From: Actinomycetota bacterium
GTDB lineage: Bacteria; Actinomycetota; Acidimicrobiia; Acidimicrobiales; Ilumatobacteraceae
DNA length: 64,000 bases
NCBI GenBank assembly: GCA_037129095.1
Contig: JBAXVL010000001.1
Span: 53,437-117,436 of the forward strand
Reading direction: 5' to 3'
Shown here: in pieces, positions 1-8,480 of the stretch
How the letters are laid out: every line of letters starts with the position of its first letter
How positions within the stretch are numbered: the stretch's first letter is position 1
Notes under the pieces: model-generated
Database searches by the model: none
What the model was told of the DNA's origin: nothing
Seen by the model: the letters and a program-made list of their open reading frames with translations, nothing else
Made by a program: the position numbers and the translations under genes

Positions 1-236
1 ACGAGTTCTGCTTTGCTTCTCAGCATTGCCCAGTACACATCACTGTGACCAACACTGTTAAACCACAGCACGTTGACATAAAACGAAGACATTGCCTTTG
101 CACTGAATATAAGAAACAAGACAAGGCCGACAACAACAGATACTGCTATTCGTCCACGAGAAGGCCGACCAAAATTAGGAAGTCGAAATACTGGGCCAGT
201 TGGGCCGCCGGGGGGAAGGTCTGAAGAGTTACGCAC
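1..236 (-). CDS. UPF0182-family polytopic membrane protein, N-terminal fragment (gene continues past the left edge)
   Basis: Own translation of the minus strand from GTG at 236: VRNSSDLPPGGPTGPVFRLPNFGRPSRGRIAVSVVVGLVLFLIFSAKAMSSFYVNVLWFNSVGHSDVYWAMLRSKAEL, open to nt 1. It has a basic N-terminus, one TM helix, then the Y-x-x-x-LWF-x-SVG motif I associate with actinobacterial UPF0182 proteins. It is absent from the ORF track because it has no stop inside the window. Confidence 0.5.
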   Translation of the reverse strand, partial: MRNSSDLPPGGPTGPVFRLPNFGRPSRGRIAVSVVVGLVLFLIFSAKAMSSFYVNVLWFNSVGHSDVYWAMLRSKAEL

Positions 237-247
237 GCATCAGGACG

Positions 248-2176
248 CTAGTCCTGAACGGGACAAACGAGGCATCGGCAGCCTGCATGTGCTGGAGGAT
301 GACTGTGGCCTGTGGGGAAATCATCACCACGTACGACAGATCCACCCAATGAATTGTCTTCACATTCGCTACAGCAATTGGTATCTGGCTCAGCCATCCA
401 CGTAATGCGACTGCCAGGCTCTAGGGCAAGATACGCGCCATGGCTATAGGAAGAACAAGCAATGTCTTCAACATGTGAGTCAATTCGATCTGACTTCCAG
501 GCACGGTACACATCGCGAATGAGTCCGAGAAGCACCTCACGGTCCCCCTCCGCTTCGCCAATTGCAATGCGTGCTTCCTCGCGGAAACTGGCAACTAAAC
601 CAGCCGTGATGGCTGATACTGCATGAGCGGCAATGGCCTTTTGAGTAACTCGACGACTTGAACCACCTGCAGCCTTGACAGATTTTGCACCGGCGCTTGC
701 AGCAGCCATTGAATCTTCTGCAACAGCAGTTGCATACCTGGCGCTATGTTCTGCTTCAGTTCCGAGAACAGCATCAATTTCAAGTGATGAACGCTTGGCA
801 CGAACATGACCGAGAACTGTGTTTTGTTCATCAGCGAGTACTCGCTTTAATTTGCGGGCCATCGCTACAACGACAGGAGAAAGTTCTTCATCGCGTTCAG
901 CGAACCGAACTGGGTCAGCAACAGTAGGTACTGGCTTAGCCTTTGCCTTCTTCTCGGTCTTCTTCTCAGCTTTGGCAACTGGCACAACTTCGTCATCGGC
1001 AGCAACAATCTTGGCTGACTTCGCAGCAACGTCAGCAGTACTACCGGCGCGCAATTTTGCAAAAATATCGTCAACTACAACACCATCAGTTTTTGGCGCG
1101 CGTACAACAACTTCTTCAACAACCTCCGCTACGTGAGTTTCTGTTGCCAGTTGTTCAGGTTCGATTTCAATTTCAGGCATGTCTACTGAACGACGTCCAC
1201 GACCAAACAGAGACACAACATTTGTTTGAGTTGAATCTTGCACTTCAGGTATTGCGACATCGTCGATAACTGGAGTTACTTCAGTTGGTGTATGTACAGG
1301 ATGCAACACTTCAACGATTGATGTTTCATGAATGACTTCGACCACTACTTCGTCAACAGGAACTTCTAATTCAACTTCGGTCTCATGATCAAAAATAACC
1401 ACATTGATCGGGTCCTGAGTTGGAACTTCTTCAGCAATTACTTCTTCGCGATCAAAGACTTTTACTGAGGGGTGTTCAGAATTAACGATGGGCACTGGGC
1501 CCGTAGTTGGTGACAAATCAACAATAAATTCGGGCTCATCGTGGGCTTCGGTCAGTCCACCGATGACATCTTCACTTGCAATGCGCGCGCGCTCGAAGGC
1601 GTTCATTAAACGGTCGCGACCATGAAGAAGTTGTTCAATTTGTGAGCGTGCTGCATCACGACGACGAGACAATTCCGACAGCACTTTTTCGCGATACTCG
1701 CGCGCCTCGTTGACCATGTCACGGCCCTGTTGCTTTGCCATTTCAATTTCGGATTCAGCATCAGCGCCTGAGTCTTCACGAATACGTGCAGCCTCTAACA
1801 CTGCTGATTCACGGATGCGCACTGCATCTTCAGCTGCGTCTTTTACAAGGCGAGTTGCTGATTCTTCTGCACGATCTCGAATTTGCGTACTTGCATCTCG
1901 AGCGGCCGTGAGAACCCGTGCGGCTTCTTCGCCCAGCAAGGTGGTAACAGTCTCTTCGTCAAGACGCCCGGGAGCCGACAAGCCACGTGTTTGCATGGCA
2001 CGCATTTCGCTTTCGAGGAACCGCTCGCGCTCTTGAAGGCGGGCCATTTCGGCGGCCACCATCTTGAGAAAATCGCGTACTTCAGCCTGATCAAACCCAC
2101 GGCGACTGGTGGGAAACGCAGCCGAACCCACCGCTGCGGGCGATGATGGGTCGGGTCGGGAGAAAGAGATAGCCAT
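248..2176 (-). CDS. DivIVA-domain protein with acidic Val/Glu-rich linker and C-terminal phage Mu F / SPP1 gp7-like Cys-His domain
   Basis: ORF 248..2209; the ATG at 2176 (MAISFSR) is preferred. The N-terminus FPTSRRGFDQAEVRDFLKMVAAEMARLQERERFLESE is the DivIVA motif plus coiled coil. The middle is V/E/T/D-rich low complexity. The C-terminus WMAEPDTNCCSECEDNSLGG...FPTGHSHPPAHAGCRCLV fits the D-x3-C-x2-C ... PP-x-H-x-x-CRC core of the Mu F family. Confidence 0.8.
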   Translation of the reverse strand: MAISFSRPDPSSPAAVGSAAFPTSRRGFDQAEVRDFLKMVAAEMARLQERERFLESEMRAMQTRGLSAPGRLDEETVTTLLGEEAARVLTAARDASTQIRDRAEESATRLVKDAAEDAVRIRESAVLEAARIREDSGADAESEIEMAKQQGRDMVNEAREYREKVLSELSRRRDAARSQIEQLLHGRDRLMNAFERARIASEDVIGGLTEAHDEPEFIVDLSPTTGPVPIVNSEHPSVKVFDREEVIAEEVPTQDPINVVIFDHETEVELEVPVDEVVVEVIHETSIVEVLHPVHTPTEVTPVIDDVAIPEVQDSTQTNVVSLFGRGRRSVDMPEIEIEPEQLATETHVAEVVEEVVVRAPKTDGVVVDDIFAKLRAGSTADVAAKSAKIVAADDEVVPVAKAEKKTEKKAKAKPVPTVADPVRFAERDEELSPVVVAMARKLKRVLADEQNTVLGHVRAKRSSLEIDAVLGTEAEHSARYATAVAEDSMAAASAGAKSVKAAGGSSRRVTQKAIAAHAVSAITAGLVASFREEARIAIGEAEGDREVLLGLIRDVYRAWKSDRIDSHVEDIACSSYSHGAYLALEPGSRITWMAEPDTNCCSECEDNSLGGSVVRGDDFPTGHSHPPAHAGCRCLVCPVQD

Positions 2177-2233
2177 TAGGCATCTACAGTACGACTCCCA
2201 GGGTGCCAAATGGTGGCATTATCCACAGGCCCG

Positions 2234-3418
2234 TTATGCCGCTGTGACCTGCAATGCCCCACCGCCATGGGTTCGCAACACGGCTAACGCCTCGTCGAGC
2301 GTCGCAACTTGAACAATGGTGACTCCTGAACCGGCTGCCTGACGAGCCCGTTTCATTTCATCAGCTGACTGACCGGCGGGCACAAGAAAGAGATCAGCTC
2401 CCGAAGCTTTCACTGCCACTGCTTTTTGTTCTAATGCACCGATGGCACCTACTGAGCCATCTTCACTCATCGTTCCTGTTGCTACCACATGAGATGTACC
2501 CATCAAGTTCCCGCTTGTCAGTTCATCGAGCAAAGCCAATGTGAAGGCCAAACCTGCTGATGGCCCTCCAATATCTGTGGTGGTGATCTGTACCTCAAAC
2601 GGTAATGACACTGTTCGAGTATCCGCAGGGACAAATCCGATAATTGGGCGCGTCGGGTCGTTCGTATTAGCCATCAATTGCACTGTGCGCTTCTCAGCCT
2701 TTGTTAGGTCTGGCGTTGTCGCCGATGCATCGTAGGGAATCACTGTGAGTTCAACAGTGTCACCCACTGCATGACTTTTCATTTGAGCTGCCAAGTCAGT
2801 CAATGTGGGCGTAGCAATTCCATCTATCTGAGTAATGGTTTCACCTACTGAAAGAGTGGAACACGCGGCGTTTTTCTGGGGAGCGCCTTGACACACAAGT
2901 TCTTCAATTACTACGCGGCCCATTACTAAATTGACCTGAAGACCGAGTTTTTTCATCGCAACGTATTCGGCAATTTGTTTTGCACCAATCATTGCTTGAA
3001 ACCCAAGTCGTCTCGACGTAGTCGGTGTGCTAGTTCCAAAATGTTCTTTGTATGTGTCCACTTGCACATGCGGATCAATCCAACCGAGAACGCTGTCAAG
3101 TATGGATAATTGACCGCCGAATGCGGTGACAAATTTAATTCCATTAGATGTGCGAAAACGTTGTGGTGCGGCAACACCCTTTGAGGACGATGCAAATTCA
3201 ATGCGAGGCGCAACGGTCATTGCTTCGCCGGGGGCAAGCTCAAAACGTTGAATTCGAATAGCGGCCATTGCGATCACGCCGAATATCACGAGCCACGAAA
3301 GAGTGATGAGGGGCAACGCAACTTCTAGTCCTCGTGGTGCAGGACGACGTGGCGGGACTGGAGGTACAATTGAGTCGTTCATGAGTGCTTCAATCCTTTC
3401 ATCATCCTTGTTTGCCAT
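2234..3418 (-). CDS. membrane-anchored PDZ + Lon-like (S16) serine protease, YlbL/SdrC type
   Basis: ORF 2234..3598; the internal ATG at 3418 (MANKDDERIE) is preferred. It has a TM helix (LPLITLSWLVIFGVIAMAAI) and a PDZ-like segment (GETITQIDGIATPTLTDLAAQMKSHAVGDTVELTVI). The Lon catalytic Ser motif is DIGGPSAGLAFTLALLDEL, with a downstream Lys region EQKAVAVKASGADLFLVP. Confidence 0.85.
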   Translation of the reverse strand: MANKDDERIEALMNDSIVPPVPPRRPAPRGLEVALPLITLSWLVIFGVIAMAAIRIQRFELAPGEAMTVAPRIEFASSSKGVAAPQRFRTSNGIKFVTAFGGQLSILDSVLGWIDPHVQVDTYKEHFGTSTPTTSRRLGFQAMIGAKQIAEYVAMKKLGLQVNLVMGRVVIEELVCQGAPQKNAACSTLSVGETITQIDGIATPTLTDLAAQMKSHAVGDTVELTVIPYDASATTPDLTKAEKRTVQLMANTNDPTRPIIGFVPADTRTVSLPFEVQITTTDIGGPSAGLAFTLALLDELTSGNLMGTSHVVATGTMSEDGSVGAIGALEQKAVAVKASGADLFLVPAGQSADEMKRARQAAGSGVTIVQVATLDEALAVLRTHGGGALQVTAA

Positions 3419-3494
3419 CACCGCTACTGGTGCCGGCGCTCGTGCTGTGTGGGTTGTTGCCCTGGCCTTTATTGCACTCGCGTTTGTTGACCGT

Positions 3495-3704
3495 ATGAAG
3501 CCTGCCACGCCGCGACGCACTGCGGTGGTGCGGGTCGACAATAAACCGACTCCCCTGTACAGCGAGCCAGAGCGCGAGCAGAGATGGAAAACCCTCACTC
3601 AACTCTCAGGTGGAGCCATTTTGCTCGGTGCACTTCTTGCGTGCATCCTCGGATTCGTCTTCACCATTGCATTTGAATTTGTGGGTGGGCTCCTTCGGGC
3701 CTAG
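3495..3704 (+). CDS. possible small tail-anchored membrane protein (hypothetical)
   Basis: Internal ATG at 3495 of ORF 3303..3704: MKPATPRRTAVVRVDNKPTPLYSEPEREQRWKTLTQLSGGAILLGALLACILGFVFTIAFEFVGGLLRA. It has one clear C-terminal TM helix and fills an otherwise 290-nt gap. I recognise no family. Confidence 0.2.
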   Translation: MKPATPRRTAVVRVDNKPTPLYSEPEREQRWKTLTQLSGGAILLGALLACILGFVFTIAFEFVGGLLRA

Positions 3705-3710
3705 TCCGCC

Positions 3711-4301
3711 ATGACAGAAGAATTCCGATTTGAAGTCATCGCTGCAGGTTTCTCTGGCGATACCAATGTTGCGCTCAGTGCATTGACACATGAGGACGGC
3801 CTCATTCGAGCCAGCGCACTTCGAGCACTTGCGCGCATTGGCACGTTAACCGCAGATATTCTGTCGCGGTTCATTAGTGACACTGATATCGAAACAAGGC
3901 GCACAGCAGTTGAGCTTGCTGCCCCATTTCCCACAGTCGATGTTCATCAGTGTCTTGATGACTCAGATGTCTTTGTGGCAGAGATGGCTGCTTGGTGTTT
4001 AGGTGAACGCACATCCGCCAGCGATATTGAAATTGAAACACTGATTAATCGCACCACTTCACACAAAGAACCAGTTGTTCGCGAAGCATGCGCTGCAGCA
4101 CTCGGTTCACTTGGTGATGAACGTGGACTGCCTGCAATTCTTATCGCGTGTTCCGATAAACCCGCAGTTCGGAGACGTGCCATTTTGGCGCTTGCACCTT
4201 TTGATGGCGAAGAAGTGGAAGCAGCTTTGCAACATGCGCTTGAAGACAAAGATTGGCAAGTACGCCAAAACGCTGAAGATCTACTGAATCCTCGTAGCTA
4301 G
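3711..4301 (+). CDS. HEAT-repeat (PBS-lyase-like) protein
   Basis: 196 aa with repeated about 30-aa units of the type D..VR..A..ALG.LG (for example VVREACAAALGSLGDERGLPAIL, PAVRRRAILALAPF, DWQVRQNAEDLL). Confidence 0.7.
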   Translation: MTEEFRFEVIAAGFSGDTNVALSALTHEDGLIRASALRALARIGTLTADILSRFISDTDIETRRTAVELAAPFPTVDVHQCLDDSDVFVAEMAAWCLGERTSASDIEIETLINRTTSHKEPVVREACAAALGSLGDERGLPAILIACSDKPAVRRRAILALAPFDGEEVEAALQHALEDKDWQVRQNAEDLLNPRS

Positions 4302-5006
4302 TTACTTTCGCACAGCGACAGTTGACTTTCGTGCTGCTTCACATTCACCACGAACATAACAACCATCAAGATGATCATTGACTAGTCCCATTGATTGCAT
4401 AAACGAATAGACAGTTGTGGGTCCTACAAATTTCCATCCGCGTTTTTTCAGATCTTTTGAAAGTGCGGTAGCTGATGGAGAGATGGAAGCAATACCCGAT
4501 GCGTGACTCGATTCGCCATCACGACCAAATGGCACATCGGGCGCGTAACTCCAAATGTATGCAGATAACGAACCTGTTTCGTCGATGAGGTCTAACGCCC
4601 GACCTGCATTATTTATGGTCGCTTCTATTTTTCCACGGTGACGCACAATGCCTACATCTTCCAACAGTCTGTTGATGTCGCGCTCAGAGAATCGCGCAAC
4701 TTCATCCATATCAAACTGGTGAAATGCTGTGCGAAAATTCTCGCGCTTTCGCAAAATTGTCAGCCACGACAAACCGGCTTGAAATCCTTCAAGACATAGT
4801 TTTTCAAACAGTCGAGTGTCATCAGCAACGGCGCGACCCCATTCGGTGTCGTGATATTCGATGTATTGCGCATCGTCGCCAGGCCACCAGCAGCGCTGCT
4901 TGCCATCACTTGTCGGCCGAAGCCATTCAGTTGCCACGTCTGAAGCGTATGTGGCTATTGGCGTATAGGAAAAAAACCGTTTGGCGCTCCGTGTGACCCA
5001 AGGCAC
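4302..5006 (-). CDS. tag: DNA-3-methyladenine glycosylase I
   Basis: CWWPGDDAQYIEYHDTEWGRAV.DDTRLFEKLCLEGFQAGLSWLTILRKRENFRTAF..FD and GPTTVYSFMQSMGLVNDH are classic Tag motifs. The N-terminal about 35 aa may be over-extension. Confidence 0.9.
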   Translation of the reverse strand: MPWVTRSAKRFFSYTPIATYASDVATEWLRPTSDGKQRCWWPGDDAQYIEYHDTEWGRAVADDTRLFEKLCLEGFQAGLSWLTILRKRENFRTAFHQFDMDEVARFSERDINRLLEDVGIVRHRGKIEATINNAGRALDLIDETGSLSAYIWSYAPDVPFGRDGESSHASGIASISPSATALSKDLKKRGWKFVGPTTVYSFMQSMGLVNDHLDGCYVRGECEAARKSTVAVRK

Positions 5007-5029
5007 GGCTACAGGGCTACGGTGATTCC

Positions 5030-6571
5030 ATGGCTACAGAGACACTGGTTCCCGGATTCACCAATAAGCGGCTGGGGATTGTTCTTGGTGCGCTTGCGCT
5101 TGCTGTGATGTTGGCAAATCTTGAGACCTCCATCATTGCGACCGCTCTTCCCACCATCACAGGGCAGTTCAATGCATTCGAAAGTTTTGCTTGGGTAGGC
5201 ACGGCATACATCGTGACATCGGCAATCAGCACGCCGCTCCTTGGCAAGTTGTCTGACCTCTATGGTCGACGACTTGTTTTTCAATCGACAATGGCAGTGT
5301 TTCTTGTTGGTTCAATTTTGTGCGGTGCTTCACAGTCAATGGGGCAACTTATTGCAGCACGAGCTTTCCAGGGAATGGGTGGTGGCGGAATTCAAGCGCT
5401 TGCGTTCGCAATTCTTGGCGACATACTTCCACCCCGCGAACGCGGAAGGTACATGGGGTACTTCACGCTTGCATTTGTCGGCTCAGCAATTCTCGGGCCA
5501 CTTGTCGGTGGACTGATCATTGACCACGCCAGCTGGCCGTGGATCTTTTACTTCAATGTTCCATTCGTGATTCTTGTTGGGACTATCTGCCACTTCGCGT
5601 TGAGACTTCCCTTTAAACGCCGCCAAGCAAAACTCGACTTCTCGGGAGCAGGTTTACTTTCTCTCACAATTGCATCTCTCATGATTGGTCTTGAAGAGGG
5701 ACGTCACGGCTGGACCCAGCAACATGTACTCATTCTTTTCGTTATCGCTCTTTTAGGGCTTGTGGCATTTATCAAAGTTGAACAACGCGCTGAAGAACCA
5801 ATGATTCCGCTGCGACTATTTTCTAACGATGTCGTTCGCAACTGCGCATTGCTCGGAATGCTCGCTGGGGTAGTTACATACGGCGCAGGCGGCTTTCTTT
5901 CTCTCTATTTCCAAGATTCACTGTTGGTCTCGCCCACCGAATCTGGGCTTCGCACTTTGCCTCAGATGCTCGGCGTCACGATGGCCACGTTTGGAATCGG
6001 CCGCATGATCGCAAAGACCGGGAAATACAAAAAGTTTCCAATTATCGGAAGTGTTCTTTCCTTCTTTGGTCTGATTGGTGTGGCACAAATAACGGGCACT
6101 ACTTCATATCTGTATCTGGTGTTTCCAATGATTCTCATGGGCTTTGGCTCGGCAGCTATTTTCACTACGACTTCAATCGCAAGTCAAAATGCAGTCGAGT
6201 TCACTGATCTTGGTGTTGCTACTGCAACAGTGATGTTCTTTCGCTCACTTGGTGGATCATTCGGATTGGCAATATTCGGAACAGTGTTGAATTCAACTAT
6301 CCGCAGTGAAATTCCAAAACGTATTACCAGTCTTAGAGCTGATAAAGCATCAAGCATCATTCGCTCACCAAAGCAAATTGGCTTACTCGACCCTGTATCA
6401 AAAAAGGCTGTTGTTGACAGTCTTGCCATGGGAGTAAGTCGCATCTATTGGCTCTGCGGTGCAACCATGATTATTGCCCTCTTGTTTGCAATTATCTTGC
6501 GCGAACAACCACTGCGTTTGCGCGCTGGTTTGTCTGATGCCATGGAAAGTTCTGCGCCAGCACACAGTTAG
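5030..6571 (+). CDS. MFS transporter, DHA2 (EmrB/QacA-like, 14-TMS) family
   Basis: 513 aa and highly hydrophobic. It carries the motif LGKLSDLYGRRLVF and multiple TM segments, a typical length for drug:H+ antiporter-2. Confidence 0.9.
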   Translation: MATETLVPGFTNKRLGIVLGALALAVMLANLETSIIATALPTITGQFNAFESFAWVGTAYIVTSAISTPLLGKLSDLYGRRLVFQSTMAVFLVGSILCGASQSMGQLIAARAFQGMGGGGIQALAFAILGDILPPRERGRYMGYFTLAFVGSAILGPLVGGLIIDHASWPWIFYFNVPFVILVGTICHFALRLPFKRRQAKLDFSGAGLLSLTIASLMIGLEEGRHGWTQQHVLILFVIALLGLVAFIKVEQRAEEPMIPLRLFSNDVVRNCALLGMLAGVVTYGAGGFLSLYFQDSLLVSPTESGLRTLPQMLGVTMATFGIGRMIAKTGKYKKFPIIGSVLSFFGLIGVAQITGTTSYLYLVFPMILMGFGSAAIFTTTSIASQNAVEFTDLGVATATVMFFRSLGGSFGLAIFGTVLNSTIRSEIPKRITSLRADKASSIIRSPKQIGLLDPVSKKAVVDSLAMGVSRIYWLCGATMIIALLFAIILREQPLRLRAGLSDAMESSAPAHS

Positions 6572-6586
6572 CCAGTAGCCCTCGTT

Positions 6587-7504
6587 TTGCTGGATGATCA
6601 ATTTCGTAGATACCGTGACTCAGTGAATTCAAAACATCAATCGCTAACTCGATGCCAAGCCAATACCTCTGTCAGCGAATTAGCAACAATTGTTCACCGT
6701 GATGGTGGCGTTGTCGTTGAAGGATTACTAACTCCAAATGAAACTCGCACCCTGCACGATCAGTTACAACCCCATGTTGAGCGTCGCTCCCCAGGATTTC
6801 GTGAAGATGCCGGTGATGACGAGTTCTATGGCCGCAAAACAGTTCGTATTCAAGGACTCGCAGCGAAGAGCCGCCAGTTCATTGATTCAATTCTTCTTAA
6901 CGAAATACTTTTGGGTATTGCAGATGAAATATTGCTTCCCAACTGCGGCAATTACTGGATGAGTCAAGCGGAAACTATTTACATCGCACCCGGTAACCCA
7001 GCTCAAGCACTTCATCGTGATGACATCAACTGGTCGTTTGCAGCCAAACAAGGAATTGACTTGCAGATGTCTGCATTGATTGCGTTGGGTGATTACGACG
7101 CAGAAGTAGGCGCAACCATGGTGGTGCCAAGTAGCCACCGCGACGGATACAACAGCCCTATTGACGCATCATGTGCGCAACCCGTAGAGATGAAACCGGG
7201 CGATGCACTAATTTACCTTGGCAGTCTTGCCCATGGTGGTGGCGCAAATACAAGTACTGACAGAATTCGTAAGGCGTTGTACATCGGATTTTTATTGGGA
7301 TGGTTAACACCTGAAGAAGCAGTGCCACTTGCTATTCCTCTAGAGATTGCACAAACGCTTCCCGCTCGAGCTCGTGCACTTCTTGGGCTTTCAAGTCTGC
7401 GCGGCAATACGGCAACCCAAGGAATTGAATCATTTGCGCAGTTGTGGCAACTTGACCGCGATCACCTTGATCAACTCGACGGTGCATTTCTGCAACAACA
7501 TTAG
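6587..7504 (+). CDS. phytanoyl-CoA dioxygenase (PhyH) family Fe(II)/2-oxoglutarate oxygenase
   Basis: The HxD...H facial triad context (QALHRDDINW ... GSLAHGGGAN) and overall PhyH-like layout. Confidence 0.8.
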   Translation: MLDDQFRRYRDSVNSKHQSLTRCQANTSVSELATIVHRDGGVVVEGLLTPNETRTLHDQLQPHVERRSPGFREDAGDDEFYGRKTVRIQGLAAKSRQFIDSILLNEILLGIADEILLPNCGNYWMSQAETIYIAPGNPAQALHRDDINWSFAAKQGIDLQMSALIALGDYDAEVGATMVVPSSHRDGYNSPIDASCAQPVEMKPGDALIYLGSLAHGGGANTSTDRIRKALYIGFLLGWLTPEEAVPLAIPLEIAQTLPARARALLGLSSLRGNTATQGIESFAQLWQLDRDHLDQLDGAFLQQH

Positions 7505-7507
7505 AAA

Positions 7508-7954
7508 TTACTGAGGGTCTGCAATCAGAATTGGAATGACGCGTGAGGTTTTTGTTTTGTATTCGTTGTATTGAGGGAACACAGCCGCAGACCGTTCCCA
7601 CCACATGTCGTATTCATCACCCTTTACTTCACGAACTGTGACACGGAATGGCGCAGGACCATCTTGTACAAGAACCTCCGTCGGGTTTGCGACCAAGTTG
7701 CTGTACCAATCAGGATTCTCTGCAGCACCGCCACGTGATGCAACCAATGCATACGAACCTTCGTGTTCAACACGCATCAATGCAATTTTGCGAACATTTC
7801 CACTCTTCACACCGCGCATCGTGACGATGATGACGGGGATTCCCGTCTTCAGAAGTGTGTTTCCGGCGGTCCCACCCGATGTTTCATATTCATCGATTTG
7901 ATTGCGCACCCATTCACTAGTGCTGGGGATATATGTGCCTTCAAGGTGTTCCAT
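7508..7954 (-). CDS. deazaflavin (F420)-dependent nitroreductase-family oxidoreductase (DDN/DUF385)
   Basis: The motifs SGNVRKIALMRVEH.GSYALVASRGGAAENPDWYSNLVANP and GDEYDMWWER are typical of the DDN family. Confidence 0.85.
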   Translation of the reverse strand: MEHLEGTYIPSTSEWVRNQIDEYETSGGTAGNTLLKTGIPVIIVTMRGVKSGNVRKIALMRVEHEGSYALVASRGGAAENPDWYSNLVANPTEVLVQDGPAPFRVTVREVKGDEYDMWWERSAAVFPQYNEYKTKTSRVIPILIADPQ

Positions 7955-7984
7955 GCCTCCACCATATCGTGAGGCAAGAAGACG

Positions 7985-8416
7985 CTAGAGGTCGTGTCGA
8001 TACACGTTTGTTTCGCGGGCCACAAAGCCAATGCGTTGATACAAACGATTAGCAGCCTCACGTGAGGGACGCGATGTCAGCTCAACAGTGATTGCACCAC
8101 GATGACGTGCTTCCAGAATCGCTGCTTGGTTTAACGCTTCGCCAACACCGAGACCACGAGCAGAGGAATCAACTACTACATCTTCAATCCATGCGCGCAC
8201 GCCCGTTGGAATACGAAATGTGGCAAGAGTGAGTGTGCCAACAATATGTTCATCATGTCGCGCAATAAAAAGCACCGTTGATGGTGAGGCAATAATTTCA
8301 GATAATTGCTCTTGTGTTGGCGGGTTGTTCGACGTTGACAGTTGCGGAATAAGGCGGTTGAAGGCGTCAATCAATTCGGCATTAGCAATGGTGGCTTGTT
8401 CAACAACAACGGACAT
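7985..8416 (-). CDS. GNAT family N-acetyltransferase
   Basis: IEDVVVDSSARGLGVGEALNQAAILEARHRGAITVELTS is the acetyl-CoA binding motif A. The ATG at 8416 (MSVVVEQ) or the upstream start at 8434 could be used. Confidence 0.8.
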   Translation of the reverse strand: MSVVVEQATIANAELIDAFNRLIPQLSTSNNPPTQEQLSEIIASPSTVLFIARHDEHIVGTLTLATFRIPTGVRAWIEDVVVDSSARGLGVGEALNQAAILEARHRGAITVELTSRPSREAANRLYQRIGFVARETNVYRHDL

Positions 8417-8480
8417 ATACCCACCTTGCCACATTTACCCCAGTAATCGGGAGACATCAGTCAGTAGTTATTCTTCAGAC

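Noticed and set aside
248-3598. Prophage remnant suggested by the Mu F-like domain
   Set aside because: No terminase, portal, capsid, tail or integrase genes flank it. The neighbours are ordinary cellular genes, so I treat it as a domain fusion rather than a prophage.
3303-3704. Full 133-aa plus-strand ORF
   Set aside because: Its first half is antisense to the Lon/PDZ protease N-terminus. Only the 3' part from ATG 3495 is kept, as a low-confidence small ORF.
8220-8480. N-terminal 87-aa extension of ORF 8220..9374
   Set aside because: It overlaps the GNAT gene on the opposite strand and is Cys/Ser-rich junk. The internal ATG at 8481 gives a protein collinear with its paralogue.
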